NCBI GenBank assembly: GCA_964106645.2
Contig: OZ067043.1
DNA length: 64,000 bases
Source of the DNA: Podarcis pityusensis
Taxonomy: Eukaryota
Direction: 5' to 3' (one strand)
Shown: positions 1 through 11,600 of the stretch, piece after piece
How the letters are laid out: each line of letters begins with the position of its first letter
How positions within the stretch are numbered: the stretch's first letter is position 1
Notes under the pieces: generated by a model
What the model saw: only the letters and a program-made list of their open reading frames with translations
The model's database searches: none
Told to the model about the DNA's origin: nothing
Program-made: the position numbers and the translations under genes

Positions 1-554
1 ACTGGGAAAAGCTAATTGCTGGACAGTTGTTTCATTAATGAGCCTGATATCCCTTTCCTGCAGCAGAATAATTTCAAAAGGAGATAGGTAATGCTCCTGC
101 AGGGAATCAGGAAATCTCAACAGGGTATCTTGTGTTATTTCTCACTGCCTCACAGATAAGAGAGAGGCCATATGATGTATATATTTCCGTTTATAACCAA
201 TTCTGTTTACAACCAGAGGGGGTAAAGTTGCATCTTCCTGAACACACATTTATTTTAAACCTACAGGCCCCATTGAGATATAATCTCAGAATTACCTAGT
301 TACTTCTAAGCAAGAAGAGGCAAAAATTAGAAGTAAAAATATATCAAAACTTAGGCCCAATCAGATGCCTTTGTTCTTTGCATGTTGTTTTAGGCAAGCC
401 CAATTGTTTTTAAAACTATGGCTTGCACAGATAGCCTACCCTGGAGGTAGCCAACAGGTTGGCTGGGGCTGATGGAAGTTGTAGTCCAACAGCATCTGGA
501 GGGCACCTGACTATCTCTGACCTACATTGTCTCAGGACAGTGATCATCAGCAGA

Positions 555-660
555 ATTAGAGGAACAAAGGAAGTTGTCTTATAGAAAGTCAGACCATTGG
601 CTCATCTAGGTCAATATTGTTGACACTGACTGACAGGTGGCTCTCGGGTTTCAGGCAGAA
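555..660 (-). mobile_element. CR1-type 3' tail remnant
   Basis: agtcagaccattggctcatctaggtcaatattgt resembles the CR1 3' end also seen near 28670. Confidence 0.5.
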
Positions 661-1021
661 TCCAATTTTTTTTTAAGTATATGAATGTGTCTTTACTCAT
701 TGAAAAAGGCTTGTGAACACAGTGCATTGCATATGAGTGGTTAATGATCAGTTCTGTTGGGAATGCTTAGTTATGCCCTACCTTTTGATGGAAATTTGTT
801 ATATTAAAAAGTAATAAATTATAAAACCTGTTAAGATCCAAGTGGAAGAACACAACATACTAGCAGTTCACCACAACCTGCAAATGTTATATTTACAAAA
901 GTACAATTTTATGGTATTGGGACTATAGTCAGGAATGGACAAGTGGTCAACTTTATATTTTGTCTATCACATTCAACCTGCAAAAGAATGAGAGCAAATA
1001 ATGCTTATGATTTTAAATGTT

Positions 1022-1027
1022 TTTATT
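1022..1027 (-). promoter_or_regulatory. Probable distal polyadenylation signal of DAB1
   Basis: Minus strand reads tgtaatactgttacaAATAAAaacattt, with UGUA upstream and U/GU-rich sequence downstream. Confidence 0.55.
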
Positions 1028-4000
1028 TGTAACAGTATTACATGGTGTGTTACAGAAATTAATGGAAAATTTCTAAAAATTTGTTGGTTTTTTTTCTGCT
1101 GAATGCATTACACATAAAGTTAAGGGTGAAAAAAAGATGTTCAACAAATGGTTTTCCTCTGAGGTAAAGTTAAAGTAGATCTAGAAATGTACTGCAAAAA
1201 ACAGTCATTTTTATCTTTTCTTTATTAAAAAAATACGTGTCGGAATGCAGAAATCAAAATGAATAAAGGTAGAGAGTAAACATCTTTGCAACGAAGGTGC
1301 CCAGTACATTATTTGATCATAGGTTTTGTCAGACAGTTGAATGACTACGATCTATCAAAATATTTTTTTAATGACATGGTTGGAATCAAGAAACTACTGG
1401 AGACAGTACAGGATGGTGAGTGGGATTCCCTGGTTTAAAATTTAAAGTGACAAATTTAGTGCTAGTGAAGAGCAGGAAGGGGAAAGCTTGTTGACTCCCC
1501 TGAACCTATTATGTATCTATCGAATGGTACAGTGTAGGCTCCGATATTATCTCGCTTCTAGGCTATGGCAAAAAATGAATCTTCTGATGGTGGAACAGGG
1601 TAGCTATGGAGTCTCTTGTTTTAACCCCACCCCACCCCCCAAAAAACCCATAACCAAATGTTTACATGGAGCAAATTTCTTTGTGACTTCTGATTTTGAT
1701 ATCCCAACTTGATTCTCTTTTATAGCTACTATGTAGTATTGGTTACATAAACTTTTCCCATCCTGGGAAGGTTCTTCAGAGGCGTATGGTTACAGAAATC
1801 TTCAAACTATGATGTGAATGCTTTGGTCATTAACTGAAAAGCTAATGAGACCACAACCTACTCCAAAGTTTCATGAAGAACTGAAATGTCACCTTCTTCT
1901 AATCCAATATCCCAACACAAAAATGGTAAATAGTAGGGTTGCCCTATTTATGGAAGCAAAATTCAGTATACAAAAGTTGAACTTTTTTTAGGCAATCATC
2001 CTCCATCTTGGGCATTTTACCAATTTCCCATAATTCCCCCCCAATGCTATTTTCACTGGGGAATTCCAGATGCTTGGCAACCCTGTAAATAGCTTTGCTA
2101 AGGAAGAATGTAGCATTTCCTATTAAAATCAATAATTGGAAGATTATCTAATAAGAAAATGTTTTCATTCACTTGGTTGGACTGAAAATATACAATCCCA
2201 CGCATTTTAAATCCTACTGGGAATATATTTTTTGCATCTTTTGTTTGATGTGAGTTTGCCACAGAGATCCTGACAATTAGAACAGAGAGAAGAAATGACA
2301 GGAACAGTGCATTAGATCTCACTTCTTTGATACTGAGCCTATCAACATCTAGTGTATCATTCACTCACTGGTAAAGCACACATTCAGTATATATTTCACA
2401 AGTTACTGGCTGGAATTAGGAAATTTAGTTGCCAGCACCACCAAATCACCATCCTGTTCCGCTTTCAGCTGTGTGTGTAAAATGCTTTCATTAAACCATT
2501 CAAACATATGGAAATATACAACTCCAGGCCTACACAAATCAATGGAAAATACACAGAAACCTTGGTGTTATGATCTAAAAACAAAAAAATCTGCATAACC
2601 CATTAAGCAATTCCTCATTTGGGTTCATTAACTTTTTTTTTAGTGCTAAACCACTAAAATTCAATATATTGTGATCTGCATAGGAACTTCAGGAAAACAC
2701 ATTTGACCTGTATAACAATTCTCTGTAGGCCAAAAATATATAGATTCTTTATGCAAATTATGTGCTAAGGATAGGAACCAAACACTGCACTTTTCTTACA
2801 TAAATGCTTAAAAAAGAGAATTTTTAAAAAGTTGTTTCTGATTTGTGTGTAAACAGTTTTGATTTTTATTTTCTAGCTATGAAATGGCTATGGAATGTAC
2901 TTTTTTCCCTTGAAAATGTACAGTATGTAGTAATATTTGTGTCATAAAAGCAAGAAAATAAATCATGTGTTACCCATCAACTTTACTAGTTGCTGACAAC
3001 CTAATTGCTGCTGGGAAATGCACTTTATTATAAGCATGTGGGGGGGAAAAACCATACGAGATGCAAGAGCCACAGACTGGGGGTTTCCACACTTCCAAAG
3101 TACTGCCATTTGCTACCTTCTCTACAGTGTCATGGCATTATTAAAAGAATTCTCATAACATTTTATATTTACAAAAAAAACCTGGCAAATTTCATTCAAA
3201 CTCCTTAAAGCCATTTCCCCTTAAACATTTAAAGAGTTTTATGGTAAGTTTTTTTTTTCCTTTTTAATTTCAAGTTATAAAATAAAAATCCCATTTGAAT
3301 TTTTCTGATGTACAAAAAGTGATAAAGATGAACAATTTGATCACAGAATCAGTTTCAAAATTCATGCCATCTTCATCTTGGTTAATAAAGTCCATCCCAA
3401 TCAAATCCAGAAAGCATACTGGAAGTATTTGGCAAACAATTTTTTCTCTCTCTCTCTCTTCAAAAATGGCACACAGAGAAGAAAAACACTTGTCTGCATA
3501 GCATTACAGCAGCAAGATATCAAAGAAATAAAAAATATTCCTTTACTGGTCTTTGTTTTAAGAGTCCCCTAGGAAATAACACTGTTAAGTCTTTTTCTTC
3601 TTCTTTTTCTTCATCAAAATATTTGATGTCCTTTTCTACCCACAGCAGAAGTATTCAAAACAAAAAAGCAGCATTTCATCTCTTTGATGTACTGTAATTT
3701 CAAAAGGTCCATTTGGCAAACGTTTCCCAATCAAGATGGATAATCAGCAAAATGGCAATCCATGGTTTCAAGTTAAGGATAATTTTCACAGGAGGCGTTC
3801 TGCTGCTAGAGTCTGTCACCTGTCTGTAAGAAAAGGGGATAGAATGGAACACTCAAATACTTTGTCCCCTACCTTCAAATATGCCATTATGGAGTAGTAT
3901 TGGGTGGCAGCGGCGGGGAATACAGCCAGATCAGTCTAATATGGTGATAAAAAAGTCACCATATCATCAAAATGTGCAGCCACAGAGCTCAATGGCTGTA

Positions 4001-4379
4001 GAATTCATTATTTTTTTCCTGCGTTTTTTATATTATTAAATGATTAGCAGTCCTTTAACAGATTTGAACTGATTACTTCCATAATGTGGTGCACTCGAAA
4101 TGGCAAAAAAGTGACAAGGCGTGGTGGGAAATGCTGGATAGTTGAAACTTGAGGAAAGGTTTTGCTTGGATATCAGGACTGTGGAACAAAACAAAAGTGT
4201 CATGTTCTGCCATAGAGAGTTGCCACTGGTTGCCAAAACATTTTGCTTGTTGAACTGATGCAGTGAGGTGATTATCCTTTATTAGATGAGATCAACTGCA
4301 AGAAAATGTGGAAGCCAAAGGCCTGTCAAGGCTGTAGTTTTCTGTTTGAGTCTTGAAGCACCACAAGCGTGGGTCAACG

Positions 4380-4424
4380 CTATTTCTTAGGTCTGTTGAT
4401 CTGGGCATAGAGAGGCTCTCTTTC
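4380..4424 (-). CDS. DAB1: Candidate alternative DAB1 C-terminus at the start of the last exon: EREPLYAQINRPKK*
   Basis: GAA AGA GAG CCT CTC TAT GCC CAG ATC AAC AGA CCT AAG AAA TAG starts exactly at the acceptor in phase 0, compatible with the phase-0 donor of exon 13. Translation is not demonstrated. Confidence 0.55.
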   Translation of the reverse strand, partial: EREPLYAQINRPKK

Positions 4425-4739
4425 CTGGGAACAATAGAAAGAAATGTGAATAGAGACAGTTCTAGTCATTTGTATCTAAGCAGCAGATTTCAGGAAAGTA
4501 GGTGAGCAGAATAAAAATGCTAAAGAAATAGCATTTTTATTATTTTGAATTATGATGGTGTTTGAAAAGGCAGTAATAATATAAAAGGATTCAGCAATTT
4601 CACATTGTTTATTAAGAACCCAATTCATTGTTTAAGTTGAAATAATTAGAATGAAATAGAATTCATGTACATCTCACAGTACAGTTGAGACCAGAAGAGG
4701 CTAAGTTTGCAATTATTGTTTTTAAACACACAGAGCAAA

Positions 4740-5480
4740 TCGGCCATTGCCCCCACACCCTGAAAGACAATTCAAGACAGATGACTAAATGGTAAAAATA
4801 TTATATTTATTAAAATGTAGAAAAATTAGAGGGTCTGCCAGTTAAGCAAATAATTAAGTGTAGGCAGGTGGAATCGATGAATGCATATGAGAGAAGCAAC
4901 CCTCTATCTCATGGGAATGTAAGTCATTGCACTGTGAGTTCCCCAGCCAAGGACTGGGAGAAATATCTCCCTTTTTACTGAGCAAGCCTTGAGTATGTGA
5001 AACCCAACCTGCACACCTGACTCTTCCTGCAGGGCATTCATCATGATGTGTAAACCATATCCTTAGCATTCTATGGATGATGACTCACGAGTGCCTATTA
5101 GCACCATAATACCTCAGGGTGGCAGTGACATCTTATCTCTTCTTACCTACCAGCACTGAATGCCAAACAGCCAAGTTAACCAAATCACCACAAGATACCC
5201 TACAGTGCGAAGTAGATAAAAACAGGGAGTCCTAAGTCCCAACCAGGGGCTCCCTCTTAACTCCTTCTCACCCCCCCAAAAAAGTGCTAGGCAAAGCCCA
5301 CTACAGAGGGGCAAGACGGGGGCGGCAATGTAGCTTTAAATACTGGACTGGACTGTCCCCTCCCATTACACACTCCTGCTCATATGGCTAGCTGTCCTCT
5401 CCCCCTGGGAGAAACCAGCTTGAGTCTTTATCAAGTCCAAGAAGGTGGGTGGATGAGGCAAATTCAATCCTGCTGAGAGC
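4740..5480 (-). mobile_element. LTR-like remnant, distantly related to the 9700 element, opposite orientation
   Basis: aatgccaaacagccaa...gcgaagtagataaaaac parallels the reverse complement of 10100-10165 (aatgcctaaccgccaa...gaggtaggcgaaaac); TATTTAAA on the minus strand near 5340. Confidence 0.35.
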
Positions 5481-5984
5481 AAGGACATCATTCAGCTTAT
5501 AAACATGCAGTTTTAGTTCAGAGAAATAATGACAAATTGTTTTCCTGTACTCCAGTTAAATATTTCACATCTTCTACTATGAACTTTTCTGTTGGCGCAT
5601 TGTAGCAATTAGATGCAGGAAGGTTTCACTCCAAAGTCAGTGTAGGCTTGAATAAAATAATAATGGCTAAAATAGCAAAACAATGGATGGTGGTGAGCTA
5701 ACAAGAAGCCCAATGTGCCATATGTCACCTTAGCATTCCATGATATTATACAAATTCAAAATCCAAATAAATGTTAAGTCAGCGATACCAGATATATCAG
5801 TAGAACTACCATGTAATAAACACATGGCAAGTTTGGCTATAGAGCTTCCTAAAGGATCTAAACCTTTCTATAAATTGCCCTAGTAAATTGACATCAGGAT
5901 CTTGCCCCGCTATGAAATCCTGGTGTGCAGCAGTGCTGTATGACCTATGCTCCCTCCCTGTCGAGTCCAGCAATGGGCACATGC

Positions 5985-6065
5985 AAGTGATAAAAATTCT
6001 GGAGAACTTGAAAGCTTGCTCACAACTTTGTGACATTTGGGTTGGTCTTGACAAAAGTATACTGT
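5985..6065 (+). repeat. Penelope-like terminal repeat remnant (second copy at about 24000-24075)
   Basis: Both loci share ttctggagaactt.aa.gcttg...tttgtg.cattt..gttggt. Confidence 0.5.
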
Positions 6066-7453
6066 GCGGGTTATTTCCAAATGGAGTGGTGGTGTTGGTG
6101 GTGGTCTAAAAAAAATGCAGGTTATTTTTCTTTGTAAATGACTAATTTAAAATTCTGAATTATATTATGGAACTCTGTTTGCAGGGCTTGTAAGTAAAAA
6201 ATGAATGAGTTGGAGCATGTAACAGCAGCATATTTTGCATTCCAATCCACAAAGTATTCACTTCTCCAGAAGAAGGGTAAAGGTAAGCATACCATATCTT
6301 GTATTTATGGGTGATATACAACAAGGTCAGTCCACTTGGGCAATGGATTTTTACTCAGGCAAATGGGATTTCTACTTCCTCTCCCCCCTCCCCCAAGCTC
6401 CCACCACCCCTAAATAATCTGCTGTGGAGGCTAGGGGACCCTCAACAGGGCACAAAGTTGGGGGTGGAGGGGGCTACAGAACAGAGTAAGGGGAAGTCCC
6501 ATCACATCTACTATTGTGATGTTGGATCTTGCCCCATGAATCTGTAACACCTATGCAGAGAATCTCAGCATTTCAAATCAGGTCTTATTGCACACATAAT
6601 GAACATTATATCCATCTTCATATTTACCCCAGTATGCAAGAAAGAATAACAATTCTATTCCAAGTTTGGGGACACTTCAAAGATTATGCTTACATAGATT
6701 GCTGCTGCATAGACCACAGACACTCACAATTCTGGCTAGTTTACAATACAATAGTACTTGAAAGAAAGACGATTTGGCCTCTAGGCTTCATAAATTTTGA
6801 TGGGACCTTTCACTCTGCTCTGGTGTAATCCTCACTTTATCCTTAGAATAATAGCCTTGAAGTTTCAGAAAGGATCCAGCTATCTGTTGTCAGTGCACTT
6901 TGGGTCATATCTTTAGCAGTGAATAGCAAATGCACATGGTTGAACAAAGTAAATTAAAAAGCCGTTTATCACCTTATAGTACCAGAGGTGCATGAGAAGT
7001 AAATTAGAAAGGACAGGAAAGAATATGTAAATAATAAATAATGCCATGATAATAGAGGGCCCTTTCTTGGGTCAATTGTCATGAACTGGACACTGAAAAG
7101 CAGTACCGGGATAGCCAGAAAATTATACTACAAAGGTAAATAAATAAATAAATCTCCCCCCCCCCCCCGCAAAATGACACTTAATATTAAATCTCTAAGA
7201 CCCTTTAATGTTAACCAATTCAATGTAGCTTTGTTCTACAGACACTAGTTAACAGGGTATAGATACATTTTTTTAAATGATCCTCAAAAATTATTCCATA
7301 GAACTGGCTTTTTTATCTTCTTTATAGCCTTTGCAAAAAACACATTTTTAACAAGATTGTTGCACCTCAATTCCCATTTCTTAGCTATCAAAATTATCCT
7401 CTAATTCAGAAAGTCATTGCTAAGGCTTCAGCTTAAAAATGATCACAAATAGC

Positions 7454-7836
7454 CAGGGCCGGATTTTGGTTTGGTGAGGCCCTAAGCTACTGAAGGTAAC
7501 ATGTCCAGCTGTCCTTTGTCAACAACAAATTGTCGCTGTTTTTTCTATTGAATATATGCTATATGGTAATTTATGGACCTAATAGGTATCTAAAGCCATT
7601 TGCACATAACAAAATATGTATTTTCTCAAAGTAATTGTTGAACTGAAATACAATTAAGAAGTATATTAACAGTGAAATAATTATTAAGCTCTAACTGTAT
7701 GCAGGTTTTATTTTATTTGTTTTTATCTTACATTTTGGAAATGAACATCCAGGTTTGTTTTCCTTTAAATTTTTTTTGGGGGCCCCTAGAGAGTGGGGCC
7801 CTAAGCTAGTTTATCTTATATGTAAATCCAGCACTG
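7454..7836. mobile_element. Non-autonomous hAT-type DNA transposon
   Basis: TIRs cagggccggattt / aaatccagcactg; 8-bp TSD caaatagc / caaaaagc (7 of 8 match). Confidence 0.8.
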
Positions 7837-7849
7837 CAAAAAGCCTTTA

Positions 7850-8195
7850 TGGCGCTGTGAGTTAAACCACAGAGCCTAGGAGCCACAGAGCCACAGAAGG
7901 TTGGCGGTTCGAATCCCCGTGACGGGGTGAGCTCCTGTTGCTCGGTCCCTGCTCCTGCCAACCTAGCAGTTCGAAAGCATATCCAAGTGCAAGTAGATAA
8001 ATAGGTACCGCTCCGGTGGGAAGGTAAACGGCGTTTCCGTGCGCTGCTCTGGTTCGCCAGAAGCTGCTTAGTCATGCTGGCCACATGACCTGGAAGCTGT
8101 ACGCCGGCTCCCTTGGCCAATAAAGTGAGATGAGCACTGCAACCCCAGAGTCGGTCACGACTGGACCTAATGGTCAGGGGCCCCTTTACCTTTAC
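7850..8195 (+). mobile_element. Sauria SINE (lacertid type, subfamily A), 5' end slightly truncated and rearranged
   Basis: B box ggttcgaatccc, core cctgccaacctagcagttcgaaagc...gtagataaataggtacc, 3' tail (ccttta)n. Confidence 0.93.
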
Positions 8196-8939
8196 TAGCT
8201 TAGCTTTACAACAAATAGTGCTGTTTGCTCCCATTCTTATTTTTCTAAGGGAACTACCATTGTGGACCTCTTCTTCAAGTTAAAAGTATCACCAATTACC
8301 TTATATCCATTACTATTGTCCCTGTATTCTTTATTATCTTAACAGAGACCATCCCTTTTTGCTAGTGGAAGCCAACCAGACAAGGTGATGGGCAGAATTT
8401 TTCTTACTGATCTATGTAAGGCTGGCATAAAAGATGCATTATGAACTTCAACTTGCAATTCTCCCAAGGCTGCTTTGACCTCTGTGCTCCTATGTAGATT
8501 TTAAGCAGAGTGTTTTCCTTCTGGCTGGCTGAACAGAAAGTAGAATCTCAGCTGATGCATTTCAGAAAATAAGTCTTCTGCTTCCTGATCATCCAGTCAG
8601 AAGGAAAGCCCTGTGTTGAGACTCTACCGCAGAAAAAGAAGGTCAAGGAAACCCAAAGGAGTAGCACCTCAGTCAAGACTGTAATGTATCTTTTATACTA
8701 CAAGCTAGGCTTCTTTTGAGAGCCAGATCCAACAGTAGAGGGGTAGGTGCAGGGCTGTTCTGCTCCTTATGGTGAAGGGACCCTTGCTTTATGTACTCAT
8801 TAATAACAGCTGCTATGTATAAAAACACTGTATGTTTCTAAAGTTCTCCTTTGCACTGGGCTTCATGATGAAAAACAAGCCTCTAATTGTGCTTTGCTTG
8901 GTTGATGATGAACTCATTTACAGTACTCAGCATAGTAGG

Positions 8940-8962
8940 ATATATATATATATATATATATA
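8940..8962. repeat. (TA)n microsatellite
   Basis: Directly visible. Confidence 0.95.
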
Positions 8963-9699
8963 GCCACATAACTTGAATATCAATAGTTATTAACTTGTAT
9001 AACTAAATAACATGTATTGCTTCATGTTAACCACTTGGCAAAATGGTTATGGGGCTGAATTTAGCTGGACCAGTTTGACCTCCAGTAAGTGGGTTGTATC
9101 TGGCCACTGTTATCCGGTGAGGCAAAATCACACTTGGCCCAGGGATTGGGGGAAATGTGCTCACTTCACATTATAATGAGACCTATCTAATGAGCCCTCT
9201 GTGAATGAATACATGAACTGGAAAAACGAGAAAACAAGAGACAAAAACAGACAACTTTGACCATTCATAGTTCAGCTTAGCAGCCCAGGACTAGCTTCGA
9301 GTGTTCACAGAGAATCAAAGTGCTCTGGCGTGTTGGCAACATTTCTGAAAATGGGGCCTGGAAGGATAAGCAGCCCCTGAATCGGGCCTCCCCGCCACCA
9401 GGTACTTTTCAAAATATAAAGATCTTCACTGTAATAGTGAAGCCAATTCATTTATGCATAATTATGTCCCATGTTATTTGAAGGTAGACCATTGACTATA
9501 GTTAATATATGCAGCTCCTCCAAGTACAGGTCCAAATATGTTAAATGACAATAGGCTCACCTACAGGAAAGACAGGAAACTAAGCACCATTGTTCTCCTA
9601 TCTCAGTCCAGTTCTCCTCAAATTAAAGGTTCTGCGCTACTGGTGGCAACCTTTAGGCAGCAGCCGAAAGGAATGTGTCAGAGGGTAAAAAACAACAAC

Positions 9700-10495
9700 A
9701 ACTGCATGTGGCTGCTCACTGCTACAGGGGGATCAGCCCTTTATGCTGACAATCCTGTTGGGTTCTGACAAGTGGGATCTTCTTTAAGGATGGTCCTGGT
9801 CGCGGGTAGGACCCCAGACCTGTTCCTCCACCCCCCAGCATGGGTGGAGTAATGCCGTCATGCCAGGGTGGCACCATAACCCCAGCTTCTTGGCCAACCA
9901 CTTTTGTGTGGGGTGATCGTGGGGGGGGGGTATAAAAGTGGCAGCATGACACATGTCAGGCATCTGCTTCACGCTGCTGAACACCCGCCCTTTATTTTAG
10001 ATTTCCTCTGGCCTTGCTTTGGACTTTGGTTGGTTGCCTATCTTGGGATGGGGGCCAGGTAGGAATTTTTCCATTTGGCAGATTGGCAATGGCCACTTGG
10101 TTTTCGCCTACCTCTTAGCCTACCTCGTTACAACTTTGTAAGGTTTGGCGGTTAGGCATTGGCTCACTGATTTGTGGGGGAAGGGTCCATTGACCAAGGC
10201 TATTCCATTAAAGGAATGCACGGCCTGGATCCTGTCTGATGTCCGCTTGAAGGGCTAGGGCCATGCCAGGCCTCTGGAGACATCGAGGAGAGCTACAGGC
10301 AGGTTCCCCCGATGTGGTTAACCCTTACTGACTTCCTGCAAAGGGGGCAGGAGTCCGATATAGTCCTTTGCCAATACTGCTCACATTTCCGTAATCAAAG
10401 TTTTGGCCTAAAATTTTGCCCAATAACCAAAATTCTGTGTCAGAGTGAATTTTATTCTAACGAAGGGCTGGTTTGGGGGCCTTGCCACGCAAACT
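9700..10495 (+). mobile_element. LTR-like terminal-repeat remnant (family unassigned, possibly DIRS/Ngaro-type)
   Basis: GC-richer island with TATAAAA at 9931, a cacccgccc motif downstream and a degenerate poly(A)/U5-like end; boundaries approximate. Confidence 0.45.
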
Positions 10496-11057
10496 GCCTT
10501 CCTGTAAAAAATCCTGCTATGCCTTGATGGATAAAAAAATAAAGATTGTAATACTTTTGAGCAAGTGCTGCCTTTTCTTCACAACACTAGCCAAGTCTTT
10601 GAAGAAATATAAATAAATGTATTATTGCTGTTTGCTGCCTTTGTCTTTGTGATCCACAAATCTACATTCTCTGAATTGAAACAACGTGCTGCTGCCTAAG
10701 AATAGTGCTGCACTCTTTCTTTTTTGCAATTTCAGTGAATGCATTAAGACATCTGTCCCGGCTTTTGATTTAAAAAACCACAGCAAGGCAAACATTTTGC
10801 TTATCAGTAGATTGCAGATTTGACTACTAACAGCACGGTTGTCATTTCCTTAAAGGTTAGTTGTGAATTCCAAGTTTGAAAGCTTCAGTTTAAGATTGCA
10901 GGTAGATGCAAAGTGCAACGTAGTTCAAGATATAGGAACTGATAAGACACTCGGTTATTCAAATACAAAGACTTTAAGATACTACAGAAAAGAAGTGCTA
11001 ACAACACAGAAAGCAAAATGACATTAAAAAAACCAAGTGGGAGAGTGCACTTGAACA

Positions 11058-11161
11058 CCATATTTACTTGAATCTAATGCTCACCTTTTTTGGCCAAATT
11101 ATGTTATGAAAATTAAGGTGTGCATTAGATTTGATGGCACATTAGACTTGAGTAAATATGG
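11058..11161. mobile_element. Short mariner-type MITE (about 104 bp)
   Basis: TIRs ccatatttacttgaatctaatg / cattagacttgagtaaatatgg; right flank TA. Confidence 0.75.
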
Positions 11162-11477
11162 TATATACAGAGGCAGCATAAACAAGATCATTGAGTGAAG
11201 ATAACATAGCTTCCAAGTGCATCATTGAGTGCAACAGAACCCTGTGTTCATGCCAAGTTCACTTCCAAATTCTAAAGCCCTCTATAAAAATGAAGACCTC
11301 TCTCTCTCGCTCGCTCTTACTGGGAGAAGATGCTTAGCATTAATAAAGTAGGACTGAAGATATTGGGCCTTGTCATAGTTTTAACTATTGATCATACAGA
11401 ACAAACTTGGACTATTCGCCCTCTAAATATTGTGGTAGCTTCAAGGGAAAAGAGCAGGTCCATTCAATTCCTTAATG

Positions 11478-11600
11478 TAGCAGTAGCCAACATGGAGCCC
11501 TCTAGATAATTTAGGCCTCCAAGTTCCATTGGCCTAATGGTAGGGGGTCATTGGAGTTGTAGTCTAAATCATTTGGAGGGCACCATTTTGGCCATCCCTG
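11478..11600. mobile_element. Degenerate copy of the palindromic hAT MITE family (others near 440-520, 47572-47680, 55385-55505, 62128-62165)
   Basis: ggagttgtagtc...atttggagggcacc motif; flanks ccttaatg / tcttaatg. Confidence 0.6.

Larger units (their letters stand above)
1000..4424 (-). other. DAB1: DAB1 last exon (exon 15) / long 3' UTR, about 3.4 kb
   Basis: Strong acceptor tctctattcacatttctttctattgttcccag at 4425. The start resembles the mammalian DAB1 3' UTR as recalled (CAGATCAACAGACCTAAGAAATAGC). The region is AU-rich with no recognisable TEs. AATAAA on the minus strand at 4278-4283, 3024-3029, 2865-2870, 1221-1226 and 1022-1027. The 3' end is approximate. Confidence 0.8.

Noticed and set aside
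7806-8234. ORFs of 60-142 aa with similar peptides (also at 31195, 31365, 35316, 54899, 55100)
   Set aside because: They are translations of Sauria SINE copies, not a protein family
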